A stretch of DNA of 64,000 bases from Geopsychrobacteraceae bacterium (GTDB lineage Bacteria; Desulfobacterota; Desulfuromonadia; Desulfuromonadales; Geopsychrobacteraceae). Below, piece by piece: positions 49,674 to 61,212 of this stretch. Numbering within the stretch: the stretch's first letter is position 1; every line of letters starts with the position of its first letter. Made by a program: the position numbers and the translations under genes. The notes under the pieces were generated by a model. That model was not told where the DNA came from. It saw only the letters and a list, made by a program, of their open reading frames with translations, and ran no database searches. Where the stretch lies: assembly GCA_963662315.1 (NCBI GenBank), contig OY759353.1, positions 3,968,001-4,032,000 of the forward strand. The letters run 5' to 3'.

Positions 49674-50867
49674 ATGAAGAAGCTTGTTCTGACAATTTGG
49701 CTGCTGGTTTTTCTGGCGGGGTGTATCGCTAAAGGTCCGGAGCCGGTTGAGCCACCTCCGGTGCCGGTGGAGCCTTTGCTGCCAGTGTCCTGGGAGGATG
49801 TCGCGGGCTGGCAGTTTGATCGCTCGGCTGAAGCGTTGCGGACCTTTGTCGCTAGCTGTAAAGCCGTCGGGCGGCGTGATCAGTGGGAACAGGTGTGTCA
49901 GGATGCCAAGTCGATATCTCCTGTTTCTGATGAGAGGGCCAGGCAATTTTTTGAGACCCGCTTTCAGCCCTATCGGGTGGTGAATGATGATGGCAGCAGT
50001 GGCGGCTTGATCACCGGTTATTATGGACCCGAGCTGGAAGGGAGCCGGGTCCCGACCACGGAGTATCGCTACCCGGTATATCGTCAGCCGGATGATCTGT
50101 TGATCATTGATCTGTCGGAGTTATATCCGGAGTTGGGAAATTACCGGCTACGTGGGCGGATTGAAGGAAATCGGGTTGTTCCCTATTTTGACCGCAGTGA
50201 AATCGATGTGAAAGACAGCCCTCTATTCGGGCAGGAGCTGTTCTGGGTCAAGGATCCGGTCGAGCTGTTTTTTCTGCATATTCAGGGGTCGGGCCGGATC
50301 AAACTGCCTGACGGTGAGAGGGTGATGATCAATTATGCCAATCAGAACGGTCACCCTTATCGCTCTATCGGAAAACTGCTGCTGGAGCGTAACGCAATGA
50401 CGCGTGATCAGATGTCGATGCAGAATATCCGTCGCTGGGTCCAGGAAAATCCTGAGGCCGGGGAGCAGTTGCTGGCTGAAAATCCGAGCTATGTGTTTTT
50501 CCGTGAACTGTCGAGCGATTATCTGTTTCCGCCAGGCGCCTTGGGGGTTCCTCTGACACCATTACGCAGCCTGGCGGTTGATCCGCGTACAATTCCCCTG
50601 GGAGCTCCGGTATTTATCGCCACAACCTATCCGGGCACGGATTATCCCCTGCAACAGCTGATGGTTGCTCAGGATACCGGAGGTGCGATCAAGGGCCGGG
50701 TTCGGGCCGATTTTTTCTGGGGAATGGGTCCTGAAGCCGGTGCCGTGGCTGGAAAAATGAAGCAACAGGGGCAGCTGTGGGTATTGCTTCCCAAAGATGA
50801 CCAGGCAGCTCAACTCCAAAGCCAAGTGAGTGAACCAAAGAACCAAAAGCAGGGAGGAGTCAATTGA
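49674..50867 (+). CDS. mltA: Membrane-bound lytic transglycosylase A
   Basis: Lipobox LAGC, TGYY.P, QGSG and QDTGGAIKG..RADFFWG. Confidence 0.94.
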   Translation: MKKLVLTIWLLVFLAGCIAKGPEPVEPPPVPVEPLLPVSWEDVAGWQFDRSAEALRTFVASCKAVGRRDQWEQVCQDAKSISPVSDERARQFFETRFQPYRVVNDDGSSGGLITGYYGPELEGSRVPTTEYRYPVYRQPDDLLIIDLSELYPELGNYRLRGRIEGNRVVPYFDRSEIDVKDSPLFGQELFWVKDPVELFFLHIQGSGRIKLPDGERVMINYANQNGHPYRSIGKLLLERNAMTRDQMSMQNIRRWVQENPEAGEQLLAENPSYVFFRELSSDYLFPPGALGVPLTPLRSLAVDPRTIPLGAPVFIATTYPGTDYPLQQLMVAQDTGGAIKGRVRADFFWGMGPEAGAVAGKMKQQGQLWVLLPKDDQAAQLQSQVSEPKNQKQGGVN

Positions 50868-51304
50868 GCGAACAACCAAAACATGTAGTTGTCGTCTGCT
50901 GCCTGATTCGCAATGAAGAAAATCAGCTGCTGTTGGTCAACCACCATATTCGTGGTTGGGAGTTACCCCAAGGGCGTGTCGAAGAGGGCGAAACCCTCAT
51001 TTTTGCCCTGAGCCGGGAAGTGCTTGAGGAAACCGGTGTAACGATCAGTCATGCAAAACTGTCAGTTATCTGGTCTAAAGTATCCAATCCTGCTGTTCTG
51101 GTTTTCTGCTTCCAGGCCCGCTATGCTTCGGGTGTCCTGACTCCCAGTGACGAAACTCCCGAAGTTGAGTGGTGCAGTCTTGATGATGCCTATCAACGGA
51201 TCTGTCACCCGGTTAACCGGGACCGTTTCAAATCAATTGTCAAACATGAAGGGGATGTTGAGTTGCGGAGTTATCAGACCGGACCGTACCGTATCCTCAA
51301 CTAG
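50864..51304 (+). CDS. NUDIX hydrolase
   Basis: GRVEEGE.....LSREVLEETG Nudix box. Confidence 0.92.
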   Translation: MSEQPKHVVVVCCLIRNEENQLLLVNHHIRGWELPQGRVEEGETLIFALSREVLEETGVTISHAKLSVIWSKVSNPAVLVFCFQARYASGVLTPSDETPEVEWCSLDDAYQRICHPVNRDRFKSIVKHEGDVELRSYQTGPYRILN

Positions 51305-51831
51305 TTTGCAGCTAGATGTAAAGCGGCCTTTTTACAATTTCTGCACCAAACGGCTTGTGCATGCACAGGTAAAATAATTCTCGTTTCTGATCAGGAAACC
51401 GACTTTTTCCCATCGCTAACCTTACCCGTTAAGAATCTTATTGCCCACCTGAGAATCCGCGGCAAAAGTTAAAGCCTTCATGCCGAAGGCTTTGCTGTTA
51501 TAATAAATTGGTGCGCTCGGCAAACTGCGGTCCCAATGATTGCGCTGAGGAGCACTGATCTGGAGTGTTACTTATCTGCACCGGGTTAAGATTCTTTGTT
51601 GTAATAAGACTATCTTGAATATTGATCAATGTTTATTGATGCATCTAAGCGACTAAATCAAGACGTTTTATGGTCAATGCATATTGTTATTATCACCGTC
51701 TGAAAGATAAAGTTTACCTTCGGAATGGGATTTTTTTGCCATACCTGATGTTTTTACTAGGATATTTGTGTATTATAAGGACCTGTAGATGTCACATATG
51801 GTTTGCCATATTTATCAAGGAGTAATTCCAG

Positions 51832-54516
51832 ATGACCGCTAAACATGATGAACGTTTGAATCAGCTTAATGAAATTGAAAATCAAGAATGGCGTGAATCT
51901 CTTGACTACGTTTTAAGAGAACAGGGTCCGGAACGGGTCCGACAGTTACTCAGGCAGTTGCAGATCAGAGCCCAGGAACAGGGTGTCAATATTCCGTTTA
52001 CTGCCAACACCCCTTATATAAATTCGATCCCTCATGACCAGCAGGCGGTTTTTCCCGGCAATCGTGAGCTGGAACGACGTATTAAATCGATTATCCGCTG
52101 GAATGCCATGGCTATGGTTGTCAGAGCCAACCGCGAATCTTCCGGTATTGGCGGTCATATTTCCACCTTTGCCTCGGTCGCGACATTATGGGAAATTGGG
52201 TTTAATCACTTTTGGCGAGGACGCACCGATGACTACCTCGGGGACATGGTCTATTTTCAGGGGCATGCTGCTCCGGGCGTTTATTCCCGCGCTTATCTTG
52301 AAGGGCGTTTGACAGAAGAAGATCTGGAGAATTTCCGCCGTGAGCTGAGCGGCGGAAAAGGTTTGTCGTCTTATCCGCATCCTTTTTTGATGCCGGAATT
52401 CTGGGAATTCCCGACCGTATCCATGGGTTTGACCGCCATCAGTGCTATTTACCAGGCGCGCTTCAACCACTACCTGGTTGATCGTGGATTGCGAAAATCG
52501 AGTGGTCGCAAAGTCTGGGCCATGCTGGGAGATGGTGAAATGGATGAGCCGGAATCTCTTGGCGCCATCACTCTGGCTTCACGAGAAAAGCTCGATAACC
52601 TGATCTTTGTTATTAACTGTAACCTGCAGCGTCTCGATGGACCGGTGCGTGGCAACGGCAAAGTTGTTCAGGAGCTGGAGGCGGCATTCCGTGGCGCGGG
52701 CTGGAATGTCATCAAGGTGCTCTGGAGCCATGATTGGGACCATCTACTGACTGCCGATAAGAGCGGCAAACTGGTGCAGCGCATGGACGAAGTGCTTGAT
52801 GGTGAAATGCAGCGTTATACTCCCAATAACGGGGCGCATATCCGCAAGGACTTCTTTGGAAAGTATCCGGAAACCCTGAAACTGGTTGAAGGTTACAGTG
52901 ATGAACAGCTTGGGGGGTTCAAACGTGGCGGGCACGACCCGGAAAAAGTTTACGCTGCCTATAAAGCGGCTGTAGAGCACAAAGGCTCGCCGACAGTGAT
53001 CCTGGCTCAGACCATTAAGGGTTACGGACTTGGAGAAGCAGGCGAAGGGAAAAACATTACTCACTCGCAGAAGAAGCTCAATGAAGCGGAACTGAAAGAG
53101 TTCCGGACCCGTTTTAATATTCCGATCAGCGATGAGGATATTGCCAAAGCTCCATTTTACAAGCCTGCTGAAGACAGCCCGGAGATGATTTATCTGCGTG
53201 AGCGTCGCAAAACGCTTGGCGGCAGCCTGCCGCGTCGTTTTGACGGCAGCCGTCCCATGGCCTGTCAGACCGATTGGCTGGTGCGTGAATATCTTGGCGG
53301 CTCGGGAGACCGTGAGCTGGCAACGACGATGGCTTTTGTCCATCTGCTGGCCAAACTGATCAAGGACGATGAAGTCGGTAAACTGATTGTCCCGATTGTT
53401 CCAGACGAAGCGCGCACTTTCGGTATGGAGTCGTTGTTCCGCCAGTCTGGTATTTACAGCCATGCCGGGCAGCTTTACGAACCGGTCGATAAGGGCAGCC
53501 TGCTGTTTTATAACGAAACAAAAACCGGGGCGATTCTGGAAGAGGGTTTAAGTGAAGCCGGATCAATGGCCAGCTTTATTGCCGCCGGGACCGCCTACTC
53601 AAATAATCAGGTTCAGACGATTCCGTTTTACGCCTTTTACTCCATGTTTGGCTTTCAGCGCGTTGGAGACCAGATCTGGCAGGCGTGTGACAGCAGGGCG
53701 CGAGGCTTCCTGATCGGGGCCACTGCCGGGCGCACCACCCTGGCGGGTGAAGGGTTGCAGCATCAGGATGGTCACAGTCACGTTTTGGCACTGACGCCAC
53801 CCAGAGTCAAAGCTTACGATCCGGCTTTTGCCTTTGAGCTGGCGCTGATCATTCAGGAAGGGCTGAACCGCATGTACTGTCATCAGGAGGATCTGATCTA
53901 TTACCTGACCGTCGGTAACGAGACTTACCGCATGCCGGCTATGCCGGAAGGTGCCAATGTTCGGGCCGGTGTACTGAAAGGGATGTACCGTTTCAGTCAG
54001 TCACCAAAGAAGAAGGGGCAGCAAAAAGTTCATCTGCTTGGTAGTGGTTCAATCCTCAACGAAGTCATCAAGGCGCAAGAACTGCTGACAGAGAAATACA
54101 ACGTTTCTGCCGATGTCTGGAGTGTGACCAGTTACAAGGAACTGTATCAGGATGCTGCAGAAGCTGAGCGCTGGAATCTGCTGCACCCCGACCAGGAACC
54201 GCGCAAACCTTATCTGCAGGAACTGCTGGAAAAAGAAGAAGGCATCTTTATTGCTGCTTCTGACTATATGAAGGTACTGCCAGCGACCATTTCGCAATGG
54301 TTACCAGGGCCAATTCACTGTCTTGGAACCGATGGCTTCGGTCGCAGCGACTCGCGCGAAGCGCTCCGTGATTTCTTTGAAGTCGACGCTCGTTATATCA
54401 CAGTGGCCGCCCTGTATCGTCTGGCCAAGGCTGGGTATGGCTCCTTGGACAATGTGGCCAAGGTGATTGACGAACTGGCGATTAACCCTGACAAACTGAA
54501 TCCGCACCAGGACTAA
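51832..54516 (+). CDS. aceE: Pyruvate dehydrogenase E1, homodimeric
   Basis: GGHIST, FPTVSMGL, GDGEMDEPES and GEGLQHQDG motifs. Confidence 0.97.
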   Translation: MTAKHDERLNQLNEIENQEWRESLDYVLREQGPERVRQLLRQLQIRAQEQGVNIPFTANTPYINSIPHDQQAVFPGNRELERRIKSIIRWNAMAMVVRANRESSGIGGHISTFASVATLWEIGFNHFWRGRTDDYLGDMVYFQGHAAPGVYSRAYLEGRLTEEDLENFRRELSGGKGLSSYPHPFLMPEFWEFPTVSMGLTAISAIYQARFNHYLVDRGLRKSSGRKVWAMLGDGEMDEPESLGAITLASREKLDNLIFVINCNLQRLDGPVRGNGKVVQELEAAFRGAGWNVIKVLWSHDWDHLLTADKSGKLVQRMDEVLDGEMQRYTPNNGAHIRKDFFGKYPETLKLVEGYSDEQLGGFKRGGHDPEKVYAAYKAAVEHKGSPTVILAQTIKGYGLGEAGEGKNITHSQKKLNEAELKEFRTRFNIPISDEDIAKAPFYKPAEDSPEMIYLRERRKTLGGSLPRRFDGSRPMACQTDWLVREYLGGSGDRELATTMAFVHLLAKLIKDDEVGKLIVPIVPDEARTFGMESLFRQSGIYSHAGQLYEPVDKGSLLFYNETKTGAILEEGLSEAGSMASFIAAGTAYSNNQVQTIPFYAFYSMFGFQRVGDQIWQACDSRARGFLIGATAGRTTLAGEGLQHQDGHSHVLALTPPRVKAYDPAFAFELALIIQEGLNRMYCHQEDLIYYLTVGNETYRMPAMPEGANVRAGVLKGMYRFSQSPKKKGQQKVHLLGSGSILNEVIKAQELLTEKYNVSADVWSVTSYKELYQDAAEAERWNLLHPDQEPRKPYLQELLEKEEGIFIAASDYMKVLPATISQWLPGPIHCLGTDGFGRSDSREALRDFFEVDARYITVAALYRLAKAGYGSLDNVAKVIDELAINPDKLNPHQD

Positions 54517-54533
54517 GAGTAGAGGATTGATAT

Positions 54534-55892
54534 ATGTCTATAGAAGTTGTTGTCCCGGAAGTATCCGACGGAGTGAAATCCGGAACCGTCATCTCGGTTC
54601 TTGTATCTGTTGGGGACGCGGTTGAAGAAGATCAGTCCCTGATTGAGTTTGAAACTGATAAAGCCGTGGTCGCCATTCCGTCACCGCAGGCCGGTGTTGT
54701 GAAAGAACTCAAGGTCGAAGAAGGGGATACGGCTGCCGTTGGCGAGGTGATTGCCGTGCTCGAAGCAGCTGAAAGTTCGGTAACGCTTCAAGCGGCCAAA
54801 GAACCAGAACCAGAGCCGGAGCCAGCGCAGGCTCAGGATGTTGCAGCAGTGTCTCCGGCAGAGAAAGAAGCTCCAGCACCTGAAGCCCCAGCCGTACAGG
54901 CAGCCGCTTTGGAACCGTTACCGAACAGTGCCCCTGCGGTTGATCTGACCAGTGTTCGGCGTGATGACGTTGTCGCACCGGCAGCGCCTTCAGTGCGGCG
55001 TATTGCCCGTGATCTTGGTGTCGATATTTACCAGGTTCAGGGCAGTGGTCCCGCAGGGCGTATCAGCGAAGAGGATGTGCGCCTGTTTGTCAAACGGGCG
55101 ATGCAGGAATTGCAGGGGGGCAAGGTCAATGCGGTTGCTGCTGCCGAGTTCCGGGGGCTGCACGCCCAGCGGACCTTACCTGATTTCAGCAAGTGGGGGA
55201 CCGTGACTCGGGAACCTCTGTCACGGGTGCGTGAGGTGACGGCAGATGCCATGGGCTACGCCTGGTCGACCATCCCGATGGTGACCCAATATGACAAAGC
55301 GTGCATTGACAGCCTTGAAGCGTTTCGCAAAGCGTACAATAGCGGTAAATCTATCTCTGTTAAGCTGACCATGACGGCGATTCTGGCCAAGGTATGTGCG
55401 GCGGCACTGAAGGCCTTTCCACAATTTAACAGCAGCCTGGATCTGGCCGCCAAAGAATTGGTGCTGAAAGATTACATCAATATCGGGGTGGCGGTTGATA
55501 CCCCGAATGGTCTGCTGGTGCCGGTTATTCAGGATGTCGCCGGCAAAGGGATTGAGACTATCGCCGCAGACCTGGCGACACTGGCGGAAAAGACCCGTGA
55601 GCGCAAGGTCTCCCCGGCCGAACTTGAGGGGGGCACCTTTACCATCAGCAATTTGGGCGGCATCGGTGGAACCTCCTTTACCCCTATTGTCTATGCGCCA
55701 CAGGTTGCGATTCTGGGTGTTTCGACCTCCGCTGTTGAACCGGTCTGGAATGGCAAGGAGTTCGAGCCTAAATTGATGATGCCGCTATCGCTGACCTATG
55801 ACCATCGTGTCATCGATGGTGCTGATGGTGCGCGCTTCCTGCGTTTTATCTGTGAAGGGCTTGAAGAGCCTATCAAGCTGATGATGAAGTAG
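54534..55892 (+). CDS. aceF: Dihydrolipoamide acetyltransferase E2
   Basis: Lipoyl ETDKA, E3-binding domain and DHRVIDG. Confidence 0.95.
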   Translation: MSIEVVVPEVSDGVKSGTVISVLVSVGDAVEEDQSLIEFETDKAVVAIPSPQAGVVKELKVEEGDTAAVGEVIAVLEAAESSVTLQAAKEPEPEPEPAQAQDVAAVSPAEKEAPAPEAPAVQAAALEPLPNSAPAVDLTSVRRDDVVAPAAPSVRRIARDLGVDIYQVQGSGPAGRISEEDVRLFVKRAMQELQGGKVNAVAAAEFRGLHAQRTLPDFSKWGTVTREPLSRVREVTADAMGYAWSTIPMVTQYDKACIDSLEAFRKAYNSGKSISVKLTMTAILAKVCAAALKAFPQFNSSLDLAAKELVLKDYINIGVAVDTPNGLLVPVIQDVAGKGIETIAADLATLAEKTRERKVSPAELEGGTFTISNLGGIGGTSFTPIVYAPQVAILGVSTSAVEPVWNGKEFEPKLMMPLSLTYDHRVIDGADGARFLRFICEGLEEPIKLMMK

Positions 55893-56028
55893 GGAATTGC
55901 TGGAGATACGCGCAGAACGCTTGCTGTACTTCGCGATTTCAAATTTGAAATTTCAGATCTCATATTTTAGGGGGCGTTGACAGGTAGCGCTGTTCCCTCT
56001 AAATGAAATTAAAGAAATGGGGAATTTT

Positions 56029-57762
56029 ATGTCTCTTGAAGTTATTGTTCCGGAAGTTTCCGATGGCGTGACGTCGGGAACGGTTATTTCGGTTCTGGTT
56101 GCCGTTGGCGATCGTGTCGAAGAGGATCAGTCTCTGATCGAATTTGAGACCGATAAAGCGGTTGTCGCTATTCCTTCGCCACAGGCCGGAGTGGTGAAGG
56201 AGTTGAAGGTTGCTGAAGGGGATACCGCAGCCGTGGGAGCGGTTATTGCGGTACTTGACGCTGGCGGAGAGCAATTTGCGGAAGCATCAGTGCCTCCTGC
56301 CGCAGAACCGTCTCCTTCAGAACCCTCAAGCGCAGAGGTCAAGACCGCCGAAGCTCCTGTAACAACCCCTCTGACCGATGCTGATGCCGAGATGGTGGTC
56401 ATTGGGGCTGGCCCAGGTGGTTATGCCGCTGCGTTTAAAGCGGTTGAACTGGGTTTGCAGGTGACTCTGATCGATCCCGAAGAAAATCCGGGTGGTGTTT
56501 GTTTGCACCGTGGCTGCATTCCATCCAAGGCATTGCTGCACGTCGCCAAACTGGTATCCGAGGCCGAAGAGTCGAACGAAATTGGTGTCTCTTTTGCGAA
56601 GCCGAAGATCGATATCGATCGGGTTCGTGCATGGAAGAATGAGGTGGTCGGCAAGCTGACCGGTGGTCTGGGGAGCAAGGTCAAGCAGAAGCAGGTTACC
56701 TATATTCAAGGGACGGCCAAGTTTAAAAATGCGACAACTCTGGAAGTGACCAGCATTGGGGGAGAAACCCGTGAGCTGACCTTTAAACAGGCGATTCTGG
56801 CCACCGGTTCCCGGCCGATCATGCTGCCGGGTATAGACCCTGACAGTTCCCGCATTATCGATTCAACCGGTGCTCTGGAGCTGGCGGATGTACCGAAATC
56901 CCTGCTGGTGGTCGGGGGTGGGTATATTGGCCTTGAGCTCGGTTCCGCTTATGCTGCCATGGGGAGCAAGGTGTCCGTGGTCGAGATGACAGATAGTTTG
57001 TTGTCCGGTTGTGATCGCGATCTGGTGTCGGTACTCAAACGGCGTCTGGATAAGAAGTTTGAGGATATTTTTCTGAAGACCAAGGTGGTGGAGCTCAAAG
57101 AACAGAAAAATGGGGTGGCCGTTACTCTGGAGGACAAAAATGGGGAAACCATCAACAAGCGGTTCGATAAGGTTCTTATTTCCATCGGGCGGCGACCGAA
57201 TACTGAAACTCTTGGTCTTGAGAATACTGCCATTCAGCTGACGGAGAAAAAGTTCATCAAGGTTGATGGGCAGCAGCGGACCGCTGAGCCGCATATTTTC
57301 GCCATCGGCGATATTGCCGGAGAGCCGATGCTCGCTCACAAGGCTTATGGCGAAGCCAATGTTGCCGCGGAAGTTGCCGCCGGGCATAAAGCGGTTTTTG
57401 ATCCGCGGGCGATTCCTGCGGTGGTCTTTACCGATCCTGAAATTGCCTGGTGCGGTCTTACTGAAACAGCGGCGCGTGAGCAGAAGATCAAAGTCAGAAC
57501 GGCTAAAATGCCATGGCGTGGCAATGGCCGGACGTTGACGCTGGGGCGTGATGATGGTATCACGAAACTGATTGTCGATGCCGAAACTGATCGGGTTCTG
57601 GGGGAGGCTGTCGCGGGCCCCGGTGCTGGTGAACTGATTGCGGAAGGGGTTGTTGCAATAGAGATGGCGGCAGTTGCTGAAGATTTGCGTAAGTCGATCC
57701 ATCCGCATCCGACTTTATCAGAAACCATCTATGAAGCGGCTGAAATGCTGTTTAAACCCTGA
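56029..57762 (+). CDS. lpdA: Dihydrolipoamide dehydrogenase with N-terminal lipoyl domain
   Basis: Lipoyl ETDKA, GGVCLHRGCIPSK and HPHPTLSE. Confidence 0.96.
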   Translation: MSLEVIVPEVSDGVTSGTVISVLVAVGDRVEEDQSLIEFETDKAVVAIPSPQAGVVKELKVAEGDTAAVGAVIAVLDAGGEQFAEASVPPAAEPSPSEPSSAEVKTAEAPVTTPLTDADAEMVVIGAGPGGYAAAFKAVELGLQVTLIDPEENPGGVCLHRGCIPSKALLHVAKLVSEAEESNEIGVSFAKPKIDIDRVRAWKNEVVGKLTGGLGSKVKQKQVTYIQGTAKFKNATTLEVTSIGGETRELTFKQAILATGSRPIMLPGIDPDSSRIIDSTGALELADVPKSLLVVGGGYIGLELGSAYAAMGSKVSVVEMTDSLLSGCDRDLVSVLKRRLDKKFEDIFLKTKVVELKEQKNGVAVTLEDKNGETINKRFDKVLISIGRRPNTETLGLENTAIQLTEKKFIKVDGQQRTAEPHIFAIGDIAGEPMLAHKAYGEANVAAEVAAGHKAVFDPRAIPAVVFTDPEIAWCGLTETAAREQKIKVRTAKMPWRGNGRTLTLGRDDGITKLIVDAETDRVLGEAVAGPGAGELIAEGVVAIEMAAVAEDLRKSIHPHPTLSETIYEAAEMLFKP

Positions 57763-57788
57763 TTAAAAAGAATTTTTTGCATCTGCCG

Positions 57789-57821
57789 AATCCCGGTCTG
57801 CATATCAGGCCGGGATTTTTT
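57789..57821 (+). terminator. Rho-independent terminator
   Basis: AATCCCGGTCTG-loop-CAGGCCGGGATTTTTT. Confidence 0.85.
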
Positions 57822-58088
57822 GTTGGCAATGTTGCCCGACTTCAATGGTGTCGCAACGTCTCAAACCGAATGCTGACACTTTTCTGTTGTAACCAGGACG
57901 CGGGCTGATGTTATTGTTGGTGGGTAAAATATATGCAAATCTGCTAGTTTGATTTGTTGATTATGTAGGCTTATCCTTGCCAGCCTGAGGGGGGGCAGGA
58001 GCACTGTAGCCGATTACGGCACATAGCAGGTTGACGGGTCTGATTCTCTGTCAGGTCAAACAGGTCAACCCAGTGAGGAGCTTTATCT

Positions 58089-59162
58089 GTGGCATCTTTG
58101 GATTTTGAACTTGAAAAACAGAGTTTTCGCACTTTCTATGACAGTAATCGGGTCATTCTGGAAGAGGCTAAGAACGCCTGTATCAGCGCTGTTGTTCTGC
58201 TGCTGAAACAGTTTGATATCGGTGAAATCACCAAGGTTGAAGGGCGGGTAAAAAAGCGCGAAGAGTGTATTAAAAAATTTCAGCGCAAATATCAGAATCG
58301 TTTGGAAAACGACGAACAGCCTTACGAAATAAAAGATTATCTGTCTGACCTGATTGGCATTCGGGTCGTCTGTATCTATGAGGATCAGATCTCCAGAATT
58401 GCCGACATTCTAAGCAGTCAGTTCGATATTCTTAATATTACGGATAGAATTTCAGTGCAGGAAAAGACGCCGGATATGTTCGGTTACAAAGGTCTGCACA
58501 TGGATATCGAATATAACGATAAAATCAACGCTGCCGCTGCTGAACATCAGGTGCTGTTCGGGATTAAATTCGAGGTTCAGATCCGCTCTCTGATTCAGGA
58601 TGCCTGGAGTGTCCTTGATCATAAAATTAAATATAAAAAGTCGATCCCGGCGGATTTGAAACGGCGCATTAACGTTCTGGCGGCCCTGTTTGAACTGGCG
58701 GATCGGGAATTTATAGAAATCCGCAATGCTACCAGCGCTTTGCTTAAACAGGAAACCGAGATTCCTTTTGTCGATACTGCGGATAATAACGCGACTGATG
58801 CGAAACTGGTGTCTGCGGTTACCGGCAAGCAGATTAACGCTTTTAACTTTTTACGGGTCGCAAGCCACTTTTTTAAGGATTTTGAATTCAAAGATTATAA
58901 GGTTGATAACTTTGTTCAGGAGATCCTGCGTCTGGATAACAATTTTAGCCGTGCTGACCTGCATCAGGGCCTGGTCGATCACATAAAAAAGGTCAAAGAG
59001 TATCGTGAAGAGTTTCTGATGCGTAATCCGGAACACTCCTTTGGACCTTATACGACGATTCGTCACTGCCTTTATCTGCACGATAAAGAACGGCTGGACC
59101 GGATTTTGTCGCGTGGGCCAAGGGAAAGGTTTGACAGTTGGCTTGCCGGGGGAAGTTTATAG
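58089..59162 (+). CDS. RelA/SpoT synthetase-domain protein (small alarmone synthetase-like)
   Basis: GRVK, DLIGIRVV, GYKGLH and EVQIRS....AW..LDH..KYK motifs. Confidence 0.88.
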   Translation: MASLDFELEKQSFRTFYDSNRVILEEAKNACISAVVLLLKQFDIGEITKVEGRVKKREECIKKFQRKYQNRLENDEQPYEIKDYLSDLIGIRVVCIYEDQISRIADILSSQFDILNITDRISVQEKTPDMFGYKGLHMDIEYNDKINAAAAEHQVLFGIKFEVQIRSLIQDAWSVLDHKIKYKKSIPADLKRRINVLAALFELADREFIEIRNATSALLKQETEIPFVDTADNNATDAKLVSAVTGKQINAFNFLRVASHFFKDFEFKDYKVDNFVQEILRLDNNFSRADLHQGLVDHIKKVKEYREEFLMRNPEHSFGPYTTIRHCLYLHDKERLDRILSRGPRERFDSWLAGGSL

Positions 59163-59223
59163 CGGGGCACGCCGGGACCATCAAGCAATTCTGTGTTGTT
59201 CCCGGCGTGTTGGAATAAACGGT

Positions 59224-61212
59224 TTACTTAGGCCATCCGCCGCCTAACTGCTTAGGTTGACGACGCTGTGCCGGTGGCTGTAGATGCGTTCCTGCTGCCA
59301 GTGAAAAGTGGGACAGCATATGTTTAAGGTGGGCCGATTGTCCTGCCAACTCTTCTGCTGCTGCTGCCGATTCTTCAGCGGTTGCCGTATTCTGCTGGAC
59401 CGCCTGGTCAATTTGGCTCAGGCCAAGGTTAATCTGGGTAATCCCCTGGGCCTGTTCACTGTTTGACGTGGCAATTTCACTGACAATATCAGTAACTTTA
59501 CTGATGATTTCAACGATCTTTTCCAGCGCTCCCGACGTTTGCTCGGCAATCTGAGTCCCTGTCGAGGTTTTTTCAACCGAGTTTGTGATCAGATCGGCAG
59601 TTTCTCTGGCCGCTTTGGCACTGCGTGCAGCAAGATTGCGAACTTCTTCCGCGACGACCGCAAAGCCTTTGCCATGTTGTCCCGCCCGCGCTGCTTCGAC
59701 AGCAGCATTCAGGGCTAACAGATTGGTCTGGAAGGCAATTTCATCAATGACTTTAATAATCTTGCTGATGCTCTGGCTGGCTTCATCGATATCGGCCATG
59801 GCTCCGATCATGGATACCATTTTCTCGTTCCCCGCCGCCGCCGCCGCAGTCGCTTCCTGAGCCAAACTTCTGGCTTGAGTCGCACTTTGGGCACTGGCGT
59901 TGGCCTGGCTTGCCACCTGGTTAATGGAGGCACTGATTTCTTCGAGGGATGCTGCGCTTTGTGTCGTTCCTTGCGACAGTGTCTGGCTGGAATCGGAAAC
60001 CTGAGAACTGGCGATATCGATCTGGTTCCCTGCCGCCTGAATTTCGGTAACGATTTTACGCAAATCTGAACCCAGCTTGTTTAATGCTCCTCTGATCTGA
60101 TCATCTTTGCTGCGGGGAATGACCTCGAAATCAAGATCGCCATCGGCAAGCTTCTGCAGATTGTCGACCATTTCTGATTGCAAATTATCCGCAAAGTCAT
60201 TCATCGTCTTGGCCAGGGCGCCGATTTCATCCTGGCGCTTTAGGTTCAGTCGGGTCGTGAGCTTACCATGCTCCAGATCCTCAATCATCTTGACCGTCTG
60301 GCTGATCGGCTGTGCAATGCTGCGGCCGATAAAGTACGCGACGATGATGCTGACAGTGACAAAAACAATAGCCAGAGCGGACATCAGGTAGATGAGTTTC
60401 CACACGGGAGCATAGATTTCGCTATTCGGGCTGATGACCAGAAGTTTCCACCCGCTTTCCTTAACCTCGGAAAAAGACATCATGCTGGCAACATCGCTGA
60501 TGTCAGTGTTGATTATCCCTGAGTTCTGCTTGGCCATGCTACTGAGTGCAGTGGCCAGGTCTGTGGGTAAAGGTTTATTGACCAGCTCTTTATCCGGATG
60601 AACGATGATCGATCCGTCCTGGTGGGCCAGCACGGCATAGCCCTGAGAGCTGGCTTTGGTGCTGAGAACGGTATCAACGATGAAGGTCAGGAAAATGTCG
60701 GCACTGACAGCGCCTATTTTTTTACCGTTTTTGAATACCGGGGCCGCAAATGAAATAACCATCTTGCCGGTATTGGCGTCAATATATGGTTTAGTCAGAA
60801 TCGCCTGTCCTTGCGTAGCGGCAGCCTTATACCAAGGTCGACTGCGTGGATCATAATCTTTGGGGGGAATCCAACCGCTTGAATCAAGAAAGCTGCCGTC
60901 GTGATCGTATCCAATATAAGCTTCGACAAAATCACCACCCATGGCGGTCGCTGATAGAATTTGCAGGGTTTCTTTAGCGGCTTCCAGATCGAGTTTTGAG
61001 ATCTCTTCAGCTGTTGCCAACAACATGTTTTTACGTACTGCAACCCATTGGTTGAAGGTTTCGCTCGTTTGTGTCACCAGACCCAACTGACTGTTCATAA
61101 TCTGGTCGGTCATCATGCGTTTGCTGTTCACATTGACCAGCAACGCAAATATCAGCATACAGAGTAGAAAGGTGCCCCCGGTCATCGCAATAATTTTGTT
61201 CTTAAGCTTCAT
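59224..61212 (-). CDS. Methyl-accepting chemotaxis protein (dCache + HAMP)
   Basis: YDPRSRPWY...PYID dCache motif and [17 protein letters not shown]. Confidence 0.95.
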   Translation of the reverse strand: MKLKNKIIAMTGGTFLLCMLIFALLVNVNSKRMMTDQIMNSQLGLVTQTSETFNQWVAVRKNMLLATAEEISKLDLEAAKETLQILSATAMGGDFVEAYIGYDHDGSFLDSSGWIPPKDYDPRSRPWYKAAATQGQAILTKPYIDANTGKMVISFAAPVFKNGKKIGAVSADIFLTFIVDTVLSTKASSQGYAVLAHQDGSIIVHPDKELVNKPLPTDLATALSSMAKQNSGIINTDISDVASMMSFSEVKESGWKLLVISPNSEIYAPVWKLIYLMSALAIVFVTVSIIVAYFIGRSIAQPISQTVKMIEDLEHGKLTTRLNLKRQDEIGALAKTMNDFADNLQSEMVDNLQKLADGDLDFEVIPRSKDDQIRGALNKLGSDLRKIVTEIQAAGNQIDIASSQVSDSSQTLSQGTTQSAASLEEISASINQVASQANASAQSATQARSLAQEATAAAAAGNEKMVSMIGAMADIDEASQSISKIIKVIDEIAFQTNLLALNAAVEAARAGQHGKGFAVVAEEVRNLAARSAKAARETADLITNSVEKTSTGTQIAEQTSGALEKIVEIISKVTDIVSEIATSNSEQAQGITQINLGLSQIDQAVQQNTATAEESAAAAEELAGQSAHLKHMLSHFSLAAGTHLQPPAQRRQPKQLGGGWPK

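Noticed and set aside
51305..51831. Long intergenic region before aceE as a riboswitch, FNR or PdhR site
   Set aside because: One hairpin (~51471-51493) but no recognisable aptamer or exact operator consensus.
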